NCBI RefSeq assembly: GCF_022045235.1
Contig: NW_027266271.1
Location: 9,176,001 to 9,240,000, forward strand
Direction: 5' to 3'
DNA: 64,000 bases
From: Haliotis cracherodii
Taxonomy: Eukaryota
The notes under the pieces are model-generated. The model worked only from the letters and a program-made list of their open reading frames with translations, did no database searches and was not told where the DNA came from. Position numbers and translations under genes: made by a program. Positions 23,549 to 36,012 of the stretch are shown here, piece by piece. Every line of letters begins with the position of its first letter. The stretch's first letter is position 1.

Positions 23549-26500
23549 TAATCGAAGGTCTGATTCCCGTGGCATGCTTAGTTTTTGGGTGCCATTGTAC
23601 CCATCTTACAAACTAAGTTCACCATGCTTTTTAGCTTGCTTAAACCATTACCTAACATTATTTCTTGGTGTGCTCGTAAAAATTTACTGCGGTCATCCCG
23701 AAATCCATAATGGCGTCCAAGATGGCCGCCCAAGTGGGAAAATTTCTAAAAGCACTCATCAAAACAATAACAAGTCAGCTTTTTCAAAATCAGAAATGCA
23801 TTTATAGGTGCACATATACATTTTTAATGCAAAATAATTCAGAATTCTGCAAAAATAGTACTTTCATAAATAATGAATTTTGTAGAAAAAATGCAACATA
23901 TTTACATATCTGAGATTAGACTCAAACTCAAAGGAAAATTGTTTTAAATCAAAGTCCATTTTCATGATGTCAAAATGTTTCTCACTAACCATTACTGTAT
24001 TTGATTCAGTAAATGATGTTTGAAGAGCTTTAATGAATTCAGATGCATCATTTTCATTGGACAAAGTTGATTCAGATATCACTGTCTGTGTCTGAAGATG
24101 AGTTTGACTCCTTGTCTGAATCATGGATATCGCAGTCAGGTATTTCAACTGAAGAATCTTCCGAAGGAAGTATGTGCACTACAGCACCAGTGTTTCTTGA
24201 CTTGTTCTGGCATCCTGAGACACAAGAACACACTCCTGTACATTTCAGACTGCTCTTCGCCCATCCACCCCTCTTTGATCGGCAAAATCAGTTTTGCAGC
24301 TGCAGCAGGTCATTGCTAGGACTGATGACGGTGCTGGTTGTACATCCATTCATTCAATTTCCAACTTTTTATCTGCCACAAACCATCCATGTCCATTTGG
24401 AGAAGGTGGTTGCTGGTCCTGTTTCAGACAATTACTGGAGAGGGATGCTTGGTAATAAGCACACTGTACTTTCTTTCTCAGAACATTCTGACATGGAGGC
24501 AGTTTCTCTGGATCTGATGTACCTGATCCAAACATGATTGTCCGCAGTGTATTTACACTGTATGACAAAACCGGATTCAGATTTTTGGTTCTGGAATTGA
24601 AGCTGTAGAAGATGCAAGTTGCTGCTTCACACGATTTCAATAGATCATCAGTTACTTCTGAGCTTTTTCCAAGTGAAGCCATTGCATTGCAGAAGATTGC
24701 ATCATTTTGAAGAAGCCAGAGTATGCCCATTTTTCCTCTCCCATGAAGGCACTAGTACTGTCGCAACCAGTGAAAGGATGAGCTCCTATAAGACCTTCAC
24801 ATACATCTTCTCCAAGAGTCCTTCCAATTCTTTAAAGATCCAGATAACGTGATTTGGCTCCAGAACCAGTGAACAAAAGGCACTTCCTTTTGATCCATTC
24901 CAGTCCACACGCAGCTGTTGCTAACACCATGACATCTGTGTCCGTTGAGTGAATGATAACATCAGGTTCGGGAGTTTGATGTGATGCATAGTGTGCATGT
25001 GCTTGCACATGCCGCAAGAGTATCCCAACAGTTTCGAGATACATTGACCAGAACTTTCCATTTGGTCCAAGAGAGTTGATGTATGAGTTGTAGAGTGACA
25101 ACACAAATCTGAAGGTGTCTGAGGTTGTTAGAGTGGCAGGTCTCTCAGGTGACATATCATGACGAATACAATACATTTCAGACTTCAAGATTCCAAGACA
25201 TCTTCCATGATCAAGGTGGTTGACAAACGCTGCAAAACGAAGTCTCTCACAAGCCTCAGCAACAAGCGTGTGGGCATAGAACCCACGCTCCCAGTGCTCT
25301 CTTTGAAGGACCTTGTCAACTGATCCTTCTGCCAAAATTCCTGCCTCTATGAAGACGTCACGCAGTCCAGCACTACCAAAGAGGAAACCAGCACATGCCA
25401 TGAACCGTTTACTGGTATGAATAGCCCCTGATGCAACACAATTCGGTTCATTTCAGGATCAGAATCCCGTTTGCTGAGGATAACTTCTATGACTTTGGTC
25501 CATATTCCCACATCAACTACCACTTGGACAGAACAAGAACCTCTGCCTTCATCATCATCCATTGTTTTGTCAGTGAGCTCGTCAGAAATGTATAGATCAC
25601 ACTATGAGCAGGGGCTTTGTGGATGGTTTGGCAGTATCCAATTCTCTGTGAGGCTCCATTGGTGTAGAGGGCTGGGTGGCGCTGTTAAATCCCTTCTATC
25701 CTGGGACATCTTGCTCTGATGGTTCCAAGTTGAAATCCATTCGTGACAGCTGCCATACCAAATCGACCTCCTTAGCCTTTTTGGCACTTTTTGAATCCAA
25801 GGTAGTCAGCAGTTGAGCAGCATTATTATATCAAGGAGGTTCGGGTCTTTTGCTGATGATGCATGGTAGAAGATTATCCAGTTGTATCATGGACCTGTAT
25901 TGATCCTGAGAAATGACCTCTGTTTTTGTAGTCATTGTTGTCCCAACCAAACAAAGAAAGTACATTTGGAGCCATTCCCTGCGGCATATGGTAGCCAAGA
26001 TCGTTCTGAGATGTCAGAATATCTGCATTTGCAGTATCCATCTCTTGCAGAAGTGATTTAGTTATGCAGTGCTGATGTTTGTTCAACCGAGTCACCAAAG
26101 ACAAGCTTCCTGTTTTTTGTTGGATTGCTTTTGCAAGCAGCACATGCCTTACTGTGAGCACACGACTGTTGGTTGCTGCATGGACAATATCCTGACCGAT
26201 CGAAAGGAATTTTCTATGAAGTTATGGTCGTACTTTATTTGGTTTGCTCATCCAGTGTAGGTCACAGGAGGCATCAACAGAACCAACTTTTCCCTGAGAC
26301 CTGTTTTTGGAAAAGTTGATGACTGGGTTGTATGTTCCGCTTCATGGATATAGTTTTCATTGAAATAATCATCGCCTAGTATCCACGCAAGAGCATTATA
26401 CAAACTATTTGGAAGCTTGATGTTGTCTTCAGTCATGTCTTCTGGACGTGGTGGCCATGGAAGTTGTGGTACAGTTTGGATATCATTGTAAATTATAAGG

Positions 26501-27313
26501 CAAGTAGTGAAGGCAGAGCATAGTTCTTTGGAACTATGACTGGATGCTCTGTCATCAAATTCAGCTTCGTGACTAGTTTCAAGCAATTCCTCATCTAACT
26601 GTACTACTTGCAAGACAACTGTTTATAGTAGTGATTATAAGCATAACCACTTTAAATGTTTTTGTGTTTTATTTTTTAATTTTTTAACTGTTCAATGATG
26701 TTATCCATTGAATATACTGAATGCATGTATTGGTTTACAGTGCATAAGTTATTTTTATGATGCTATGCTTTTTGATTTCTCATCCTTATTGACAGATGAA
26801 TTCCATATTTTTGGTCATTAATTGTAGTTTTATGAAACCTAATATACCTTTAATGAATATTTACTGAGCCAAAAGTGGTTAATTTGTATTATCCTATTCC
26901 AAAATGAAGTTCTGATTGGTTTATCTATACAAAAATACCCCGTTTTCGATTAAAGAATATCATTAATTTGAACTTGGCATCCATTTTGAACTAGTAATTC
27001 CGTTCTAAAATGTTAAATTTTGTGCCCAAACAAAATAGATATATATTACACATCAGCTGTTGATGGTCAGTAGTGATTTATGATTAATATTTGATAAACA
27101 AATAGGATATATAGTGAAGTTAATAGGTTAGGTTGAAAAGTGGCAGCCATATTGGCGGCCATCTTGGATTTCAGGGTGACCGCAGTGAAAAAAATTGAGC
27201 ACACCAAAAAATTATTCTTTCTCATCACATAATCTATCAATCTAAATAGGTGAGCTTAGTTTGTAAAGCGGGTACAATGGGCATGTCAGATATGAGAAAC
27301 AGACCTTCACTTA
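23549..27313 (-). mobile_element. Academ DNA transposon (AcademX-type), internally deleted and decayed
   Basis: About 200-bp imperfect TIRs (taatcgaaggtctg / cagaccttcactta). 3-bp TSD GGA confirmed by the empty site in copy 2 at about 63246. Confidence 0.85.
24030..26613 (-). pseudogene. Academ transposase-XPG/PIN nuclease-Cys8 zinc finger polyprotein remnant
   Basis: FGWDNND...HDTTG and GILAEGSVDKVL transposase segments. VIIHSTDTDV and HPFTGCDSTSAF XPG-like motifs. LPPC...YYQA...HGW followed by a CSCK...CTGVCSC...CQN cluster. Many frameshifts. Confidence 0.82.
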
Positions 27314-29445
27314 GGAGGCTGGAGGCAATATTTGTTTTACGCATTTTTGCATAAACACTGATTGGTTAACTGTGATCTATAAAGATTTCGGCGCATGCTA
27401 ATTAATTTCTTCAGCCTAAACAAACCGACAAAAAGAACGGCCGAGCTCATCGGATGTCGTCATTTGGAAATACCCCAGATGGTTATGGTTTAATACTAAA
27501 AAAAAAGTATCCATGCAGTGAAAGCATTTTCGGATTCCGGCTTGCGTCGATAATACGGAAACTACTCCACGTTTTCTCGTATAACCCTACACTTGTGTAT
27601 TTGTCGTCATTTACTTGATGCTCAGTTAATGAATTTATTACAGGTACAATTAGTGGTAGCACCACATAGATTACCTGACAAAGGTTCCCATTTGGCATTT
27701 ATTGTGTCTGGGGTAATTATTCAATCTAAATCCAGGTTTGAAGTGAGGTGAAATGTGTGTTATGTAATATGCACGTGGCAGCCCAGCAAGACATGAATGA
27801 TCAGTTGATTTACTTTTTATGTAAATCAACGGATCGTTCCTAGTCATCAAAGGATTAACAGAAATTACGTTGATTGATTAATCACTGTTATCTTGCACAG
27901 TGGATATGTCAAGAGTGAGTGTTTACATGTCTAGGTTTACTAAAACAAAGGGAATACACTCATATCATAGCGTGAAGTGCCGATGTAAAAACAACTTACT
28001 TTGTTCAAAGGGTTAACTGATAATACGTTGATTGATTGATCATTGTTATCTATCACTCAATGGATTTTTAGGAACCGTGGACGTTGTCACGTGGGCCTTC
28101 TCAGCAGACCATTGAGACTTGACACCTATGTAAAACACCTGAAACAATCCAAGTGATCAGTTGAGAAACGAACACGGGTTATAATATCCCGAAACGATAT
28201 ACATCTTTTAAAATATTTGATTGTTACAGAGACACGTGACATCGAATAAGTTTCTTTGTACAGCTGCAGACGAGTGGGATATTGTTCCTTTGTGTGGATA
28301 TTCACGGATACATTCCTCTAACAAGGAAGCTGCCTAAAATTTAAACACATAAATTTGGTAGGTTGTAATTATGATATATGCATTTTGTTTTCCTTCATTT
28401 GAACCGATTCGTTCTTGTTTCTCTACGTCTTGGTTGGGAAATTCTTCAATGCGCGATAGACGTTGTTTTCACAGGTCTTTTCCTTTGTAAGCATGTATAT
28501 ATTACCTTCAACCTTTTACCTCTCTCAGGCAATTTATAAAATGTGTAAATATTTCAGTCATTTTGACTTAAAAAGTCTTTCCAGATTGATTAAGAGGATC
28601 AAAAGGGCCTACAAACATCACAACATATTATTATGTAGGATTACAAGCCAAACAACATAGAAATGTACTTTTCAACGTAATATTTCCAGTCTCTTGGTTA
28701 TGACATTAAACATCAAAATGTTTGGAATTCGTTATCATAATAATACAGATGGAAATGTTTTTCAGTCACTTTGTAAAATAACTGAATATTTAGACGTTTA
28801 ATAAATTTGTTACACATTTGACAGTAAAAAAATATACACACTATAAAAAAAGCAATGCTCAAGTGAAATATTTACTTTGTGTTGCAAGTCAAAATAGTGT
28901 AAACGAAAATCGCAAAATTACCAAGCAAGTGACTTATCAAAACTTCGTCACCATTACCGGTGCTACCCACAAAGATACCTACATGTCCTTATCATCTCGA
29001 ACACTGTATTTCATTTTGTTGATCAATGTGACCATATGCCTTTATTGCTACCAATAAAAGTGACTAATGCGCTTACGAATGGCGCAGCAGAGGTCGCGAA
29101 CTAGTCTAGATTTCTGCTATACATCCGGGTACTCACTGGGAAAAAACAATAAGAAAGGCAACAACCAGTCCCGGGGAATTGCGTTAGATCAGTGCCCCTT
29201 TAAAGTCGGGGCGGGCCGGGCAAAGACGTGCCAACGTTATTATTACCTAATCATTAATCCATTATATAGTTATATACATTGTACCTGTGCACATTATGTA
29301 TGCAACGTACACACGACATTAATGAACCCTACTTGTATTGTTTACCAAATCTATCACGTGTTGATGACTTACTGTTTTATCAAATTTACGTATCAAATTA
29401 CGTATCAAATTTAAGTAATACCATGTGCTGCTTCAAAGTAATTTG

Positions 29446-29723
29446 AGGGGCACGGGTGGCCCAGTCGTCTAAGGCGCCGCGATTCGCTGTGCAGAGTTGC
29501 GTCCCTTGGGCACGCCAGAAACCTATGATTGTGGGTTCGAATCCCGGTTCGCCCCGATTATGTTTCTAGGTTTGTCAGCACCATACCCGTGCTCGTGGGT
29601 TTCACCGAAGTGGTAAACGTCAGAGACCTGCATCACTTCGGGCTTTCCTCCCACATTAAGCTTACACGCCGCGATATAACTGGAATACTGTTAAAAGCGG
29701 CGTAAAACCCAACTCACTCACTC
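29446..29723 (+). mobile_element. SINE family A, full length and young (RUDI/V-SINE-like)
   Basis: A box TGGCCCAGTCGTCTAAGG, B box GGTTCGAATCCC, gtgggtttc...tttcctcccaca V-like core. 13-bp TSD tcaaagtaatttg at 29433-29445 and 29722-29734. Confidence 0.92.
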
Positions 29724-29975
29724 AAAGTAATTTGCAACATTAAATGTATAAAATACTGCTATAATTTTTTAAGTCCATAACTTCACAAAGAAAGAAATTA
29801 TATGAATATAATACACTGTTGTCTTTGAATAAAACCATGTTTTCAACATGCACAACATGACAGTTATTCAGACAATATTTTCTTTGTGATGCAAACCCAT
29901 GTAGTGGATGATGAGTGTTACTATTGGAAATATCAACTGAGACTTGCTGAATTGATATTCTTCGATCTCTATAAA

Positions 29976-31010
29976 TAACTGGACAGCAAAAGAAAGTATA
30001 CTCTTAAAAAATGCATTTGACTTAAAAATTACAAACGTTATCAAAAACGTTAAGCGGTTGAAGACAGTCGTCGAAACACTGCAAACGTACGGTCCAAAGT
30101 GAACAGAGGAAACATGTCAGGACTGACGAAAGCACAACGCCATCGGCCGACTGCGAACAGGAGAATCATCTTCAGCTGAAGCCAGGTTTTTCCACGTTGC
30201 ACCAAGCACCATTACACGATTGTGGAACCGTTTCCAGACACACGGGACAACACGCGACCTTCCCACATCCGGTCGACCACTTATCACTACTAAATCAGGA
30301 TAGATTCATACGTCACTTGCATGAAAGAACCGCCACGACCACCTCTACAACTATGGAATTATCAGGATTGGGTAGGATATCGGCCCAGACAGTGAGGAAT
30401 CGTTTACGCGCTGAAGGTCTGAGGTGTCATTTTGACGGACCTGCATCACGGACTGCAACGTCAATGGTGTCAATGTCACAGAATATGGTCACAACTGTGA
30501 TGGAGACAAATTTGGTTTTGTGACGAATCACGTTTTATGATTCAATGTGCGGATGGTAGACGTCGTGTTTACAGGCGTCGCTGGGAAAGCTATGCACGAA
30601 ACTGCATACAGAGAGTGGACAGATTTGGTAGTGTGATGATGTGGCCAGTCATCTCCTGCACTGGTAGAACAGACTTGGTGCAAGTTCTGGGGAATTTAAC
30701 TACACAACCTTACACGGAAGAGATTCTTCGGCCACACGTCTTACCGATCATACAAGAAGCCACAAGAAGACAACGCCCGACCTCACGCGACAAGACTGAC
30801 AAAAACCTTTTTCAGGAATTAGAACATCCAGGTTCTGCCATGGCCCTCCAGGTCTCCACATTTAAACCCAAATCAAACATTTATATAATGCACTGGATCA
30901 ACGACTGAGAGCACGTCAGCAACAAACAGAACCTCTGAGTTGGCATAAACACAGCAGGCAGAGTGGGTGAACATTCAATAGGCCACAAATCGGGATCTGG
31001 TTGCTTCCAT
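29976..31010 (+). mobile_element. Tc1/mariner transposon relic
   Basis: Frameshifted transposase: GRP...QDRFIR, ISAQTVRNRL, DESRF...DGRRRVYRRR, DNARPH-like and WP..SP.LNP segments (ORFs 30197..30523, 30537..30908). Confidence 0.85.
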
Positions 31011-31014
31011 TGGA

Positions 31015-31208
31015 TTTTGTTTGTTTGTTTTCTTTGTTGTTTAACGCCGCACACATCAATATTGTAGCTTTATGACGGCGGTCTGCAAATAATCGAGTCT
31101 GGAACAGACAATCCAGTGATTGACATCATGAGCATAGATACACACAATTGGGATCGATGACGTGCATCAACCAACTCAGTGAGCCTGACCACCCGATCTC
31201 GTTAGTCT
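31015..31208 (-). mobile_element. SINE family D (Nin/Deu-domain-like) fragment
   Basis: Reverse complement of gatcgggtggtcaggctc...atgctcatgatgtcaatcactggattgtctg, with (AAAC)n tail. Confidence 0.8.
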
Positions 31209-31491
31209 GCTTCCTTTGGACGAGGATGCCAGTCAAATGGTGGCCATACAAGATATTGAACAGGTGATCCTCACCTTTACAATCTACTGTTCCATGAGTG
31301 CCATATGCACCTGCATGGGTCAATGACGATGATGTATGCCAATTTTAAACAATCGTTTACCATCTGTTGAATATTTTATATGATACATAAAATATACATC
31401 TAAAATCACTTTTTCGTGGGTTTTGGTTTTGTGTGTGTGTGTGTGTTTTTGCAGGTAATATATTTATCGTTTGTGTTAAACTTTTTTATGG

Positions 31492-31841
31492 TGAGGTGAA
31501 ATGGGGTTTACGATAATTTCGATTATATAGCGACGCGCGCGTGCGTGTGTGAGTGAGTGAGAGAGAGAGAGAGGGAGCGCTTGTCCGGACTATTGCCGAT
31601 TTATAGTGCTAGCCCACAGAAATACCATGCCGCAGTTAAACATGAATACCCCACTCAAACACAGAATACTAACGCCAAGCCGACCAGTCCTTATTTTAGC
31701 CCCTCAATTTAATGCCGAGCGCCAGACAGGGTAAGAACAAGTGCCATCTTTTACCGTCTTTCGGTATGACTCGGCCGGGTATCAAACCCCCGACCTTCAG
31801 CTCTCCGGGCGGACGCTCCACCACTAGACCACGGAGGCGGT
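31492..31841 (-). mobile_element. SINE family C (MetaSINE-like)
   Basis: tRNA head ccgcctccgtggtctagtgg...ggtttgatacc and a Meta-domain-like aaagac...gatggcacttgtt...ctggcgctcggcatt core. Homologous to 33492-33849. Confidence 0.85.
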
Positions 31842-32784
31842 ATTGTGCTTTAAACATTCACTGTAAGAAAATACTACACTGGTAAATTGATTTTTTTTTC
31901 AAAATTGTATTCATTTACAAAACAGAATAAGGTTCCAGACAATAATAACTAACTTTAAAAATCGGATACCCTTATAGAAACGCATATATTTCTTGTCTTT
32001 ACATTGTATAAATAACCTTCGTATATTAATGGTGTTTTGTTGTAAACTGAATTAAAACTCACCACAAAAATAACATTGAACGGTATCAGCACACATTTTC
32101 CTATACTCGCATAGTTCCCTATGGTGCTGTAGTCGTGGCTGTTCGCCTAGAAACAACACCTGGCCTGCCCGTTGCTGCGAGTACCGGTTGACTGGTTCAT
32201 GGTCTGCTATATTCCCAAGATTGCTATATTCCAGGAAGCATATTTCCTGGACGCGTCTCGAGACGTTATGTGCGCCTGCTAAAGGGCAAATGCGGTCATC
32301 GTTTGTAGCATAGTTTGTTGGTAATAAAGGAAATATACCTATGAGAATGTTAAATTGGTTCTTTGTGTTTTGCCATCAAGGGAAATCTTCGTTTGATCAT
32401 ATTGAAGGGACAAAGCTGATTGATGGAAATGGTATTATAGAATTGAATGCTGCAAACTAGCTGAGAACTTGTAAATAACACAAAGGCTGATAATAGTGAG
32501 TTTGCATTATTTCATCGATGAAATGTTACCCCATACTGACAGAATGACTCCTTTCTGACAAAAAGGTGAGGGCAATCGTTTTTCATGTTATTCCCGTTGT
32601 TTCATGGTGTGATTATTATTGTTTTTGTTTCAGACTGAACAACCGTTTCTGTTCTAAACTAACAATGACAACAAAACGTGCTAATTTTCATATATTCAGT
32701 TGTAAACGACCGTGTCTGAATGAAAGTGGGTAAGGGAAACTTTTTTGTTTAGCTTGGCTCCTTCTCTCCAGATTCACATCTTGT

Positions 32785-33001
32785 GGATCCAGGTTAGAGT
32801 AGGTCTTTAGCTTCCCATGCTAGTTGCAAGAGGCGACTATAAGGGGATCGGGTGGTCAGGCTCAGCGACTTAGTTGATGCGTGTCATCATATCCCCATTG
32901 CGTGGATCGATGCTCATGATGTCAATCACTAGATTGTCTGGTCCAGACAGCAGTGATATAGTTGGAATATTGCTGAGTGCTGCCTTTAACAACAAACAAA
33001 C
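32785..33001 (+). mobile_element. SINE family D
   Basis: aagaggcgacta...gatcgggtggtcaggctc...ggaatattgctgagtgc...aacaaac. Confidence 0.85.
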
Positions 33002-33491
33002 ACAAACGTGTGCCCCCGGTGATCACAATATGTGAAGTCAGTGTATCTCCCAGTCATATGTAGTGAAATGAATAGCTAAAGCGGCGTAAAACCATACCCA
33101 CTCACTCATAGACTCAAATATGCTTGGGTCTGTTAAAGCTCATCATGCACAAAGACTGTTACCACAGTTTAACACTACTTGATCATTCAAGTCTTTGAAC
33201 GGCATTTAGAAGTAATATACACACAGACAAAAATTTATGTTCTGGATCTGCTTCATAGCATTTATTCACCTGATAGAGTAAGAATATACTCCAAAACCTT
33301 GTGTTCCTCATAACAAAAAAGTTGACATCCATAACTTCTCGTCCTTACTTCACCCTCAGCAAACTCAATGCATCTTCCTACACGCATTCATCTTGGATGT
33401 ATGACAGAGGCAATCGGGTAGTTCTATGATGCTTCATGTGATTTAGTTTAGCTAATACATGTACACATATGTTAACCCCCTGGGATGTACA

Positions 33492-33849
33492 GTGAGGCGA
33501 GTTGAAATGGGGTTTAACGTCGTGTCCAAAATTATTGCACTTATATAGCGACGTGCATGTACTGTGTGTGTTTGTGTGGCTGCTTGTACTAGTCCGGACT
33601 GATGCCGATTAATAGTGCTAGCTCACTGAGATACCATGCCGCAGTTTAACATGAATACCCCACTCAGGCACAGTATACTGACTCCGACCTGACCAGTCCT
33701 TGTTTTAGCCCCTTAATGCCGATCGCCAGACAGGGTAACAACAAGTACCATCTTTAAATGTCTTTTGGTATGACGCGGCCGGGGATCGAACCCCGGACCT
33801 TCCGCTCTCCGGGCAGACGCTCTACCTCTAGACCACGGAGGCGGTCTGA
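33492..33849 (-). mobile_element. SINE family C (MetaSINE-like), full length
   Basis: B box ggttcgatcccc. TSD ggatgtaca at 33483-33491 and 33850-33858. Degraded relatives at about 14520-14660 and 37205-37350. Confidence 0.88.
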
Positions 33850-34001
33850 GGATGTACATGCTCTTCATTCTCATAAAAACATGAAGAATAATCCGGAGAT
33901 CTTCCATAGATTTGATAAAGTGATCAAGACCTGGCACTTATTTGAAGCAGATTACCCCATTTTGATGGGCTTTTTTCTGCAATGAGTAACAATTTTGACT
34001 G

Positions 34002-34263
34002 CAGGGATGGCCCAGGCGTCTAATTGAGGTTCCTTATTAGCTGTGCAGAGTTGATTCCCATGTAGGTTCGAATCCTGGTTTGACCAAATGATGTTTGTGG
34101 GTTGCTCAGCATTATTCCCATGCTTGGGGGTTTCACCAAAGTAGTAAATGTCCAAGTCCTGCATCAACTTGGGCTTTCCTCCCACATTAAGCTGACAAGC
34201 CATGACATAAATGAATTACTGCTAAAAGCAGAGATAAACCAAACTCACTCACTCACTCACTCA
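34002..34263 (+). mobile_element. SINE family A, diverged
   Basis: ggttcgaatcc B box, gggctttcctcccacattaagc core, (ACTC)n tail. Confidence 0.85.
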
Positions 34264-34530
34264 AAAACATAACTACAAGATACACGTGTAAATATTTTAT
34301 TGATAGGTCTCTTTATGCGAAAATCAGTCAAAACCATTACAATAGGGCAATTACCTAATCTAAAAAATATTATAACAATTCAAATTATTTACAAATGCTA
34401 ACCCCTTCTATATACATTTCTGATCATTCAAATAGGAGCCCTATAAGCTTTCATTGTTTTTCTCATGCTTGTATCAAACAACAGACATTATTTCATTTCA
34501 TTGGGGGGAAAACTCCATAAATCAACTAAA

Positions 34531-35644
34531 AACAAGCGTGTAGTTGACAAAGTCATCTATATCCCCAGCCCATTTCAACACATTATGGTCCCAAACCAGG
34601 TAACTAACCCAACATTTCTTAGCCCATGTCAAAATAGCTGCAATGGAAATTCTAAAATAAACATTTTTAAGACTCCTTAATATCAAATGGCACTAGTTCA
34701 GTATGCGCTTTATATATAGACATAGGAAGTATTGCAAGGAAATATTTAACAGTTTATTTGTTATACTCCTTAAGTAAACCAATCCTATATTAAAACTTAA
34801 ATCCAACTTGTTGTCATGTAAACAAACAATAAAAATTTCTAAAAGTGCTATATATCAAAAGGCACCAGTTCAGTATGTGCCGGTAGACATGCAAAGTTTT
34901 GTAAGAAAGTATTTAACGTTTTTTTAGTTATCCTCTGGAAACGAACACCACCCCTGTAGAACCTAAGTCCAACTTATTGGCATGGAAACGTGAAAAATAA
35001 AAATTTATAGATTCCTAAATAGCAAGAGACACAAGTCCAGTATGTGCCTGGTAAACATGCAAAGTTTTGTAAGAAAGTATTTAACTGTTTTTGTGTTATG
35101 TTCCGGAAACAAACTCTACCCTGTAGAACCTAAGTCCAACTTGTTGCAATGGAAACGTAAAAAATAAAAATTTGTAAAATTCCTAAATAGCAAAAGGCAC
35201 CAGTACAGTATGTGTCTGGTAAACATGCAAAGTTTTTGTTGGAAAGTATTGAATGGGTTTTGAGTTATGTTCCGGAAACAAACTCTACCCTCTATAGAAC
35301 CTAAGTCCAAATTGTTGCCATGTAAACGTAAAAAATAAAAAATTATAAAACTCCTAAAAAGCAAAAGCACCATTTCAGTATGTATCTGGTAAACATACGA
35401 AGATTTGTAAGAAATTATTTAATGGTTTTTGAGTTACGCTCCGGAAACGAACAGCACCCTTATAGAACCTAAGTCCAACTTGTTGCCATGGAAACGTAAA
35501 AAATAAAAAATTATAAAATTCCTGATAGACACAGACATGCAAAGTTTCGTAGAGAAATATTTAACGGTTTCTGAGTTATGCTCCGGAAACGATATTGGGA
35601 TGCACACACGCACACGCACACGCACTTCGTTGGGGCGGGGGATA
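34531..35644 (+). mobile_element. Helentron-associated (HINE/DINE-like) non-autonomous element carrying about five 168-bp tandem repeats
   Basis: 5' aacaag...tatatccccagccc and 3' ggggcgggggata inverted subterminal repeats. Central satellite units recur at about 34793, 34960, 35127, 35298 and 35467. (GCACAC)n near the 3' end, A-run insertion site. Confidence 0.75.
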
Positions 35645-35814
35645 AAAAGATGTGATGTCAAACTTTTATCATTTCCCTCTGGTGAACTGATTTGGAGGGG
35701 GAAGGATTAAAATAAGGCCTTGTGATGGATTTTACAATTCACAGAAAGGACCTTGCTTTCCAAACAACTGAGGAATTCTGCAGATTCACAAAATTTTACA
35801 TCCTGATGCACATG

Positions 35815-36012
35815 GTGATAGTAAGAGGCTACTATCAGGATTGGGTGGTCAGGTCAGGCTCGATAACATAATAATGCATGTCTTTTATCCCAACTGCATA
35901 GATCGATGCGCATCGATGCTCAATCACTGGGTGGTCCACACTTGATTATTTACAGTTCACCTTCATATATCTGCAATATTGCTGAATGCGGTGTTAAAAA
36001 ACAAACAAACAA
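35815..36012 (+). mobile_element. SINE family D, diverged
   Basis: Same core and tail. Further degraded copies at about 61165-61286 (-) and 61665-61903 (+). Confidence 0.75.

Larger units (their letters stand above)
23401..29199. mobile_element. Non-autonomous TTAA-specific DNA transposon, Kolobok-like (about 2.0 kb without the nested Academ)
   Basis: TTAA TSD at 23397-23400 and 29200-29203. About 80-bp TIRs AGGGGCACTGATCTAACGCAATTCCCCGGACTGG... The RR termini with TTAA fit Kolobok rather than piggyBac (CC termini). Confidence 0.85.

Noticed and set aside
23401-29199. piggyBac classification
   Set aside because: The TTAA TSD fits, but the termini are AGGGG...CCCCT rather than CC...GG and there is no piggyBac transposase.
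29447-29555. tRNA gene
   Set aside because: It has A/B boxes but no proper cloverleaf, continues into a repeated body and tail, and is flanked by a TSD, so it is a SINE head. The same applies to the other tRNA-like heads.
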